Below, in pieces: positions 53,988 through 64,000 of a stretch of DNA of 64,000 nucleotides. Under the pieces are notes generated by a model. The model had not been told where the DNA came from and did not search any database. It saw nothing but the letters and a program-made list of their open reading frames with translations. The stretch comes from Chlorokybus atmophyticus (Eukaryota; Plantae; Mesostigma and Chlorokybus algae): contig RHPI01002090.1 in NCBI GenBank assembly GCA_009103225.1, positions 892,414-956,413 of the forward strand, in the 5' to 3' direction. The position numbers and the translations under genes were made by a program. How positions within the stretch are numbered: the stretch's first letter is position 1; each line of letters starts with the position of its first letter.

Positions 53988-56900
53988 GATTTTGCCGTGA
54001 CTGATGTAGAAGTGGTTGATAACCAGTTGCTTGTACTAGTAGCAAACTGGTTTGATGAGCTGTTCCAAGTGCATGTAATGACGCATGCATGGCGAGCACA
54101 TAGCAGATTGCCGTTTTTTAATGTTGAAAAGGTGGAAGAGAATGCTTGTGTGTTGGTACATGTGAAGCTTAATCTGCTTACCAATGTGTTGCACACTTTG
54201 ACCGAGTTGCAAAGTAAGCACCGAACCTTAAGTGTGGTAGGGATGGTGCCCAAATATCATGGCCCAAGGTTGAAACACATTCGAGGGGGAACTGTGTTGA
54301 AGCAATTTAGCAAACGTGAAACAGGGACAGTGCGATTGTCAGCAATTTTACTCAACCCTCGCATTAGTCACGGACTCTTGGCTACATTTCAAAGACGGGT
54401 AGTACCTCTGTTGTGGACATTTAATGGCACAATGCAAGGTGTAAACAGTTCGTTCTTGATTGACACTGGTGTAACACACAATTTTGTTGAGGAACAATGG
54501 GTTGTGCGCAACAAGCGTGTAAATAATAGCGTGTAAACCCTCTGCATTTTCAGCTGCCGGTGCGGGGGGTGCGTTGCCAGTGAAAGGGGAAATATAAATG
54601 AAATAAAGATTGGTAATTATCATGCCACTCTTACTTTCATAGTGGTATCCATCGACATATCAGGTGTTGATGTGGTATTAAGACAGGAATGGCAGGAGAA
54701 TGTAAAAATGACATTGGATACTGGCGCACGCTTGTGCACAGTAAAGAAAGGTGGTAAGCGTGTAACATTGTCTGTGAAAGGGTCACATAGCTTGGACCAC
54801 AAGCAACCCGACCTTACGCTACTCACTGCACTGCAAGTGAAACGTGCGTTGCGCAAAAACACACCGGCTTTTCTGGTACACTTGACGTCGTCGGACGACT
54901 TTGTGTCGGGAAGTACAGAAGGTGTTGCAGACATCATTGAGAAATATCCAGATGTGTTCTCAGATGAGTTGCCATGCTTACCTCCTAATCGAGGTGTCGA
55001 GCACATAATACTACTCATTCCTGATAGTGAGCCTCCGTTTCGGCCTATATATAGGCTGAGCCCCCGAGAGAGGGGGGAAATGGAAACTCAAATCAAAGAG
55101 TTATTAGAAAAGGGGTTGATTGAACCGAGTTCTTCACCCTTTGGCGCGCCCATCTTGTTTGTGATGAAAAAGAATGGAAAGCTGCGCATGTGTGTGGATT
55201 ACCGTGCTTTGAACAAGATCACGGTAAAGAATCGATACCCGTTGCCTCGGATTGATGATGTGTTTGATAAACTGTTGGGTAATGTGTACTTTAGTACGTT
55301 GGAGTTGACAAGTGGGTATCATCAAATCCGGATTCATCCTTCTGATGTTTACAAGACAGCATTTAGAACACCCTCGGGTCATTATCAATACAAAGTGTTA
55401 CCTTTTGGATTGATAATGCGCCCGCAGTGTTTCAGAAGGAAATGAATAAGATTTTTGGTGGCATACTTGGTAAGTATATGATGGTTTACTTGGATGACAT
55501 CATTGTCTTTAGTAAAACCAAGGAAGAGCATAAGCAGCACTTGGAAGCGGTGTTCGCCTTGCTGCGTACACATCGCTTGTTTGCCAATGTTGCGAAGTGT
55601 GACTTCTGCAAGACGGAGTTGCCATTCTTGCGGCACATCGTGAGCGGTGCGGGTGTCAAATCTGACCCTCGCAAAGTGCAAGTGGTAAAAGATTGGCCTC
55701 AACTTAAGAATATCCATCAGTTAAGATAATTCTTGAGGTTGGCAAACTACTTTCGCAAGTTTATAATGGGGTACTCTACAGTTGTGGTGCCTTTGACAAA
55801 ACTGTTGCGAAAGGATGCCCCATTCTCTTGGACAGCAGCACAAGAAGCTGCTATGCAACAAGTGAAGCTGGCTTTGACTTCGGCACCAGTATTGGCATTG
55901 CCAAATTGGGATAAACACTTCATTGTGATTAGCGATGCCTCCACCCTTGGGTGTGGTGCAGTATTGCTACAAGATGGCCGACCATGTGCTTATGAGAGTA
56001 GGAAATTCATCCCAGCAGAGGTGAACTACACTACCACTGAGCAGAAATTGCTTGGTATAGTGCATGCTCTTAAAACATGGCGATGTTACTTGGAGGGAGT
56101 TCAGTTCACAGTGGTAACTGATCACAACCCGTTGGTGTACTTCTCAACACAGCTAAACTTGTCGCGTAGGCAAGCTTGCCGGAATGAGTTCCTGTCGCGA
56201 TTTACCTTTAAATGGGTATACCGGCCTGGCAGAACCAACATGGCAGATCCTCTGGATCGCTGTCCGTCATTGTTGACAGTTATGCGTGCGCAGTTGCTTG
56301 CAACGCATGGTACATTGCCTCCTGATGAGTTTGTGCAAGCCGTTTTACAAGGGTATGCATTAGACCCATGGTTCCCTATACAAGAAAGTGTACAACACAT
56401 TGACAAAAGAGACAACTTGTATTATATGAGCGCCAGCTTGGTGATACCTGACCATGCTGGTTTGCGCATAATGCATAGCTAAAGTACACGATCCACCGTA
56501 TGCTGGGCACTTTGGGGGTCGTAAGACTACTAAAGCAGCGCAACAATTGTACTGGTGGCATCGTTGCCTGTTGACGTGAAGCATTATGTTGACACGTGTG
56601 GCAAATGTCCGCGTGACAAGCCGTTACGTCAAATTCCCGCTGGGTTGCTGCGACCTTTGCCTGTTCCTGATGGCAAGTGGGAAAGTGTCAGTATGGACCT
56701 AGTTACTGAGCTCCCGGAGACAGCATTAGGGCACACGGTGGTTGCAGTTTTTGTGGACTGTTTAACAAAAATGGTTCACATTGTCCCTTGCCGCACAGAA
56801 ATAAGCTCCCGTGAGTTAGCGATGGTTTTTGTCACCTCTGTGTTTAAGTTATATGGCTTGCATCGTAACTTCGTGTCTGATCGCGATTTGTAGCTCATTT

Positions 56901-57720
56901 CTGGAAGTCGCTGTGCAGCTTCTTACATATTCAACAGAACATGAGCACAGCTTACCATCCACAGACGGATGGTCAAACAGAGCGCGCCAACCAAGTTATT
57001 GAGGAAACCATCCGGCATTATGTGAGTCCGAACCAATCTGATTGGGATGTTTATCTCCCAATGGCTGAGTTCGCGATTAACAATGCATGGCAAAAGAGTG
57101 TGCAGGAAATTCCGTTTTTCTTGAATTATGAGTCCACTGAGTCCTGCAAACATTAAGTTGCCCGCTACCGACATAACTCGCGTACCTGCAGCGCGCGAGA
57201 TGGCTTCGGCCATGCAAGATAGGTTAGCGTTGGCAAAAACCTGTTTGCGCGCAGCGCAAAACAGACAAAAAGCCCATGCTGATACGCATCGTAGAGAGGC
57301 CAACTACGATGTGGGCTGTTCGGTGCTTCTCAGCACCAAAAACATATCTATCAAGGGAGTGGGTACCCGCAAGTTTTTCCCTCGCTAAATAGGCCGTGTT
57401 AAAAGTGCTTGATCGGGTCGGCACTCACGTGTATCGTTTGGACTTGCCAAAATCGATACGCATTCACAAGTGTTTCATGTAAGTGTACTGAAACCGCACC
57501 GTTCTGACGGTCGGGTTCAACCTCCTCCACCCCCCGTTGCAGTGGATGGCGACGATAATTTCGAGTATGAGGTGGAAGAAATCCTGAGTCATCGTAAGCC
57601 TCAACGCGGACGCGCGCCGTCTTAGTTTGTGAAATGGAAAGGGTATGATGTTGAGCACAATACATGGGAGCCCGAAAGGAATCTTACCAATTGCCAGGAA
57701 ATTCTTCGGGGGTAATGGAG
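53988..57720 (+). pseudogene. pol: pol: protease, RT, RNase H, integrase, chromodomain (disrupted)
   Basis: FLIDTGVTHNF; [30 protein letters not shown]; SDASTLGCGAV..YTTTEQKLL..TDHNPL; LLRPLPVP..WESVSMDL, STAYHPQTDGQTER; chromodomain EYEVEEILSHR..VKWKGYDVEHNTWEPERNL. Confidence 0.93.
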
Positions 57721-57854
57721 TATTGTGTCCACATGCGGACGGTAAAAGAGTGCTGGCAGACATCTTTACCGCTTCGGCCCTGATTCTCTTACTACTTTCG
57801 TTCCTTTACTCGTGGTGGGGCTTTGCGAACCCTTCAATGAGGACATTAAAACCT

Positions 57855-57867
57855 AAGTGGGGGGGAA
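57855..57867 (+). promoter_or_regulatory. Polypurine tract
   Basis: AAGTGGGGGGGAA just upstream of the 3' LTR. Confidence 0.85.
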
Positions 57868-57869
57868 TA

Positions 57870-58221
57870 AGTAACGGTATGCTACCGCCATAGAGGTTCC
57901 CCGCCCTTGTTTAAGAGTAAATAAGGGTCCCAACGGGATTATACAGCCTATTAAGCCATATTAGGGCCGTTAACCTATGTTAAGGCCCTAATATGGCTTG
58001 GGTTAATGTAATGTTAGTTATCTGTAACACTAATATCGACATGAGACATGAGTCTCATGTGGATATCAGCCGCATGGCGGCGCTGCTAACGCAGCGGCCG
58101 TCATAGCCAGGGGATCTTCTGCTTCGGCAGTGGCCTTGGCGGCGGCGGTAGCGGCGGCGTGGCTGGTGGCGGTGTTGGGGTAGGGGATTAAAGGGAGGAG
58201 GGAGCACAGCCCCCCCTTACA
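57870..58221 (+). repeat. 3' LTR (352 bp)
   Basis: Copy of the 5' LTR with the first base mutated (AGTAAC). Ends TTACA, followed by TSD TAGTG. Confidence 0.95.
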
Positions 58222-60215
58222 TAGTGTAATTCATCATGTTTATGGTAGTTGAGCAGTTAGACCACGCAATAACTAGCTCTTTTATTTACTTAATGATTTA
58301 ACTCATTCATAAACAATAAAATAATAGCGAAAAGTCTTTAAGTTTTTACTCCTAGCCTTGATTTTAAGACGTATACTGCAAGTGGTATAGGCATCAATGA
58401 AATCAAACCACTTTTAGGGTAAAGGATCATTGAATTGCGTAACCACGCCGTTTGTCGTTTAGTAGATTGCTCGAAGACATGTAATAATAATCCGTTAACT
58501 ATGCAAATGACCGAGAACAATCGTTAATCCGGTTGAGATGCATAGGTTGTGCTGGCGCACACTGCAAAGCGTGGCTCTCTCTCTCTCTCTAATATTGCAA
58601 GTGAACTGTACACTTAGCGCAGATGTTCGCACAAGTATTGCAAGCGTTACAGGCATCAACAAATCAAACCACTTTGTAAGTGGAAAAACCATATATGTCC
58701 CAAAGTACGTAGTTCATAATAACATAATCTACCCAAAACAAAATGTAACAATGATACATCAACAACCACTTGAAAAACCACTCGAAAAACCACAACCACT
58801 TCGGATTTACAGCTCCACAAAGGCATAAGGACTCATTGCTGAACTTCATTGTTTGAAGCTACCATGTGCAATGCGACACATCTCACAACACTTCACACCT
58901 GCATAATCAACCACAAATGTCAATTGTGTACACAGCCAAGTACGCAGCTGTAAGAGGAGCCCTTTGCTTACCTCCTTGTGACTCACTCGGACGGCAAATG
59001 GTCAGTTAGTTCACTCAAAAACTTAGCCACTTCATTTTCTTGCCGAATGACTTCACTCGGCGATCCCCAATCCGGACTAGGGCACCTTCGCCAATTTCTA
59101 ATCTATTCGCGACGTCGCATATTCCCCGCCGAGGTCTATCTCGGCCTCAATTTCTCCAATCCGATAGTTCACTTTGCGCCTTTGCAAAGTGAACTAAGAC
59201 TATCCTTGCCGCGAAACTATTGACTCCGGTTAAGGACGGCGTTGAAGCACCTAGTAGTGCGAAAGAAAAGGAGAACTACCAGCCAATTCGGCTTTTAATT
59301 AACCCCAACCTCACAATGGATTGAACTCGCTCGACTTGATCAAGCGAGGTGGCGTGTTTTAAACTGGCCGCCAAACCCACATGACTTTTTAATTTGTCCA
59401 ATTCTACTTGCGGTAGGAGTCGGCGGCTACCTTGGGCTACGTGCAAGTAGAATTGAACAAGCCAATCATTAACAAACTCATACGATATCGTAACTAAGTG
59501 CGCTTAAGTGCGTGATAAGTGGGGAATGAGAGACTCATGAATATTTGCAACTTACCGAAGCTAGCCTTGCTCACATGCCCTCTCTCTTATGGCCGCGGAT
59601 TTCCCTCATAACCGCAAGGGGGACTTCGTGATTCCAACTACTCGGCCCCTAGATAATAATCATTGACTGATTCATGTTGAATTAACATATGATGCAGTTA
59701 GACTCGCGTCTTTGGAAACATTGTGTATATATATACAGCGGTACAAATGTTAGTCTTAAATCCTTGGAAGAATCCTTTGCTGACTCCTTCCAACAATTTC
59801 GCGACATGAAGCTTGTATATATGTGCTATGCTTGCAAAAGCGCGATTGCTTATATGTGCCAAAAACAATATCACCCGATGCAGAGCTTTTGTAACGATAC
59901 CACTACTTACTTGCTGGTCGGGGCTTGGCAACCTTACGCACAAGCACTAAGAACTTCCAGCAGATCTCCCACCAGCACCACGGTGCAGTGGAATTTGCAG
60001 CAGCGCACCAACGGAGGAGAGGATGTCCACTAGCCTTTCACACAGCTTCAGCCCCAGGCACACCCACATGCACACACACAACACCACACTCCACAAGGGA
60101 TGAGGGGGAGAGCCCCTTCAACAGCTACAACCAGGCACCCCACACACAAGTGGCCCTAAAATGGTGAACACACTCTGATCCCTACTCAAGGTTGCTAATA
60201 AGCCTTGATACCACT

Positions 60216-60735
60216 TGCCGCTCTCCCGTCCTGGCACATAGGATGTCCAAGACTCAAGGCCTTGTTACTGTGTGCTGACCCATTGGCACAAGGTGATATT
60301 AAACTCCCTCGGTTTTTCGTAGGAATAACAATCCAACCTCCGAATCATAACATAGGCTCTTCTAATACAGTTGTACTTGCGTATTGCCCACATGCATTAC
60401 TTAGCCTTGCGTCTATCACTTCCGTGGCAAATCGCCCCACTACAGTATGACCCTATGGTTTGCCAACTTGGCTTTCTTTCTTGGAGTTGTCACATATTGT
60501 GGCAACTAATTGGTTTAGGCCAAAGGCCTCGGGCATTGACCAGCTCTGTGCTAGCCCTCATCGATGCCTTATGTAGTTCATTACACGAAGGGCCATTTAT
60601 GCTCAAGAGTAGACCTTCATGAGAGCACACCTCACAAGCACTACACATGCTCATGAGTTGAAAAATCCCATTGAATCTCTTCTTACTTACATAAGTAAGA
60701 GACAGAGAATGACTGCCAGCCTTATAGGCGTGACA
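60216..60735 (-). repeat. Probable 3' LTR of second Gypsy element (distal boundary uncertain)
   Basis: On the minus strand, PPT AAGTAGGGAGGAA is followed directly by TGTCAC at 60735. Candidate CA ends at 60263, 60216 or 59890. Confidence 0.55.
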
Positions 60736-63700
60736 TTCCTCCCTACTTGCGTTGCAACGTCCACATTGCAAAAGATGGAACACCAGTCCCGTACATACCA
60801 CAAGCAAGGTTGGCCAACCCGCCGAAAAGGCTGTGCTTCACGCATGAAAGTAGTGCAAGTCGTGGGAGTGACAGAACCAACTGTGATACCAAGAATCAAT
60901 GTGCACTGTGTTGGTATGTCACATGAAGAGGTTGCATGCACGTGTTCATGCTCTTGCAACTGAGCACAAGCTCTGAGCACACGCTCTCTTAAGTGGCACC
61001 TGTGGATTTGAGCTCATTCTTAAACTCCTTTAGCTTGGCAGCACAGTTTGCCGAGTTGAAAATAAGCTCCAAAATGTTATGCTCTTCGCCATAACCAAGC
61101 CACTTCACCAAGTATTGGGTTCAAAAGACTTTCTTGTACTTTTCGAACCGTGCGCCAACAATGACCTCACCCTCATACTCAAGGTTGCCCTCCACCTCAA
61201 CTGGAGGAGGAGGTGGCTGCATTGGACCGTCACTTCTGTACGGTTTTAACAGTGCTACATGAAACACATCATGTACACGCATGCTCTTTGGCAACTCTAG
61301 CCGAAAGGCACGCTCACCAACACTGTCAGTGATGCGGAATGGACCCAACCATCTTGGTAGCAACTTGCGTACCCCGCTTGTTTTGAGTCGAGTGTTCTTT
61401 GAACTCAACAACACTTGGTCCCCAACTTGGAGATCATCTCCAGGCCTTCGTTGCCTGTTGGCATACGTCTTTTGCATGTCTTGTGCTGCTCTCAGGCAGT
61501 GTTTCGCATGTGCCAACGCGGCATGCATGCTCTCAATGAAGTCTCTGGCGACAGGCACTTTGCTGAACGGCTCAACATTCAAAGACATTATGTCTATCAT
61601 AGGTGTCAACACATAACGATCGTAGTTCGAATAGACCGGAGTGCTACATAGCGACTCATGCCATGCATTGTTCACAGCGAACTCAGCTAACGGCAAGTAC
61701 ACATCCCAATCATCGAACCTGGGTGACGTGCAGTGGCGCAGCACATCTTCAAGCACCTGGTTGACGCGCTCCGTCTATCTATCACTCTGTGGATGGTAAG
61801 CAGTGCTCGAGCTCTGCTTAGTCCCCAAGTACCGGCACACAGCCTGCCAGAACTGGCTCACAATCTTGGGGTCACGGTTTGATACCAACTCTTTGAGTAG
61901 ATCGTGTGATCTGAACACCGAGTTCAGAAAGATAAACGCAACTCTTGCGCATCAATGTCCGTGCGACACGGCTCAAATCTGACAATCTTAGTCAAGCGAT
62001 TAACAAAGATAATAACATCACTGTACCATCTTTGTTTCAGGTAGATATGTGATCAGATCCATGCTCACACTTTCCCACTGATAGTTGGGAACAGCTAAGG
62101 GCTTCAGCAACCCTGCTAGCTTCTTGCGAGGCTTTGTCTCCCAGACAAGTGTCACAACATGCGACATACTTTGATGCATCAGCACACAAGCTTGGCCACC
62201 AATACAGTCTCTACAATTGCTTGATGGTCTTTGTCATTCCCATGTGCCCACTGTACACGGAATTGTGTGCCTCAAACAGACACGCTAGCCTCAAGCCGAG
62301 TGCATCTGGCACTATTACCTTGCCCTCACGATACCATAGGCCCTTGTGACAAGTGATCATGTCGTCTGCTTGCTTTATAATTTAATAAACCATGTGTCAA
62401 GTGCATAAGCATCAGGCAAACGCTGTATGATGTCCTTCACAACGGCCATTGGGTCCTCCCCACTTGGCTCGTGAGCTGCCAACGGTGCTTCACAGTCTGC
62501 TCTCTCGAGCGCAGTTAGCATCTCACTGGTCTCTGTTGCCACTGCTGTCTCACTAGCAGCTGGCTCATGCTCATGTGGCAACTCAGAAATACTGGCATTA
62601 CTTGCTTGTGCCCATCCTTGGCTTCGTGCACGTGCACGTTTTGTCACTACCAATAGCAGCGGCGAACGGCTCAACGGTTCTGCCACATTCACTCTCCCCG
62701 ATCTGTAAACCCAGGTGAAGTTGAATCTCGACAAGTACTCAGCCCACCTTGCTTGTCTTCTTGACAAGGTTGGTTGGGTCTGAAAGAAAACAAGGGGGTT
62801 GTGGTCCGTGATCACACAAAACCCGCCTTCTACCCCCTTTAGATAGCAACGACACTCCTGTAGCGCATGGACTACCCCCAACAGCTCTTGCTCAATTATT
62901 GTACGGTTTCTCTCAGCTGGAGAGAACTTCTTGCTAACATAAGCAAGGGGGTGCCCACTCTGGACCAACACAGCACCACTGCCCTCAACAGATGCATCAC
63001 ACATCACCTTAAAGCGCTTGGTGAAGTCCGGCCGCTCAAGACAGGCGCTGTCACCAAAGCCTCTTTAATGGAATCAAAAGGTTCTTGCTGCCTCTGTGAC
63101 CACCTCCACACCACCTTGTCATGCAACAGATTAGTGAGAGGGGCAACACGGGACGAATAATCCAAGATATACTTGCGGAAGTAGTTGCTCAATCTCAAGA
63201 ATGCGCGCAGCTTATGCACATTTGGAGGGCTCGGCCAATCCTTGACCTTGGCAACCTTCTATGGGCCAGGGCGCACGCCCTCTTTGCTTGCAATGTGGCC
63301 GTGGAACTTTAGTTTCTTCATGCCAAACTCGCACTTGGGCATGTAAGCACAAAAACGTTGCCCACGCAAGGTTCCCAACACCTCGCGCACATGTGCGACA
63401 TGCAAGTCATTCTTGCTGAGCACAAGTATATCATCACGATATACAAGCACTGTCTTCCTCATTAGCTTGTGAAACACACGGTTCATCATAGCTTGAAAGG
63501 TGGCGGGCGCATTCGTCAGTCCAAAAGGGAGCACCTTGTACTGTAAGTGGCCCACATGCGTTCTGAACGCTGTCTTAGGCACATTATCCGGAGTGATACG
63601 TATCTGGTGGTACCCACTAATCAGATCCAAGGAATTGAACATTAAGGCACCGCTCAATTGGTCAAGCAAATCATCTATCCTTGGCAACAGATACCTGTTC

Positions 63701-64000
63701 TTGATGGTCAACTTGTTCAAGGCCGTGTAGTCTACGCACATGCGTAGCCTGCCGCCCTTCTTATGTACAAATGGGTGCTCCAAAGGGAGAGCTACTTGGC
63801 TCAATCATCCCTTCCCAAGCAAGGCCTTGATCTGCCCCTCCATGTCCACATACTCAACTGGACTCTGCCTATATACAGGTCTGAACGGAGGCTGTGCATC
63901 CGAATCTTAAGGAATCGTATGCTAGACGTCCCTCTCAGGTGGCAATGCAGGCAGTTCAGCTTGAAACATATCAGACAATTCAGACAACAGACCTTGAAGG
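60736..64000 (-). mobile_element. Second Ty3/Gypsy chromovirus, pol 3' part, decayed, continues beyond window
   Basis: RT (LRMCVDYTALNKLTIKNRYLLPRIDD, VLVYRDD), RNase H (CDASVEGSGAV..EQELLGVV..TDHNPL), integrase (FDDWDVYLPLAEFAVNN, KLLPRWLGPF), chromodomain (EYEGEVI..YLVKWLGY). Confidence 0.95.

Larger units (their letters stand above)
51309..58221 (+). mobile_element. Full-length, decayed Ty3/Gypsy chromovirus LTR retrotransposon
   Basis: LTRs 51309-51645 and 57870-58221, TSD TAGTG on both sides, PBS, PPT, and gag-PR-RT-RNaseH-IN-chromodomain order, with several frameshifts and stops. Confidence 0.97.

Noticed and set aside
59195-59620. Group I intron-like motifs on the minus strand (AATCCGCGGCC, AAGGATAGTC)
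   Set aside because: No R element (GACTA) or convincing P7 pairing was found.

Overview
Eukaryotic, intron-rich nuclear DNA from a green-lineage organism. The plant-type gene set (phytepsin with plant-specific insert, ATXR5/6, euAP2, LOG2, HVA22) together with an animal/fungal-type GULO suggests an early-diverging streptophyte alga such as Chlorokybus (inference). Positions 1-42.7 kb are gene-dense, with genes alternating strands as divergent pairs: phytepsin (3' part), Fta4/Nkp1-like kinetochore protein, ATXR5/6, ESF1, CELF/BRN RRM protein, Sos7/Zwint-like kinetochore protein, USP30/UBP27-like protease, HVA22, L-gulonolactone oxidase, dipeptidase E, SPATA20, Era GTPase and LOG2-type RING E3. 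A decayed Penelope-like RT lies among them. Positions 42.7-64 kb are repeat-rich and surround one euAP2-type polyQ transcription factor. This part holds a ~1 kb miniature LTR element with 77-78 bp LTRs and a perfect TSD, a full-length decayed Ty3/Gypsy chromovirus (LTRs, PBS, PPT, TSD) whose LTRs are chains of hairpins, and part of a second chromovirus on the minus strand. Gene models were spliced by eye, and family assignments come from remembered motifs, not database searches.
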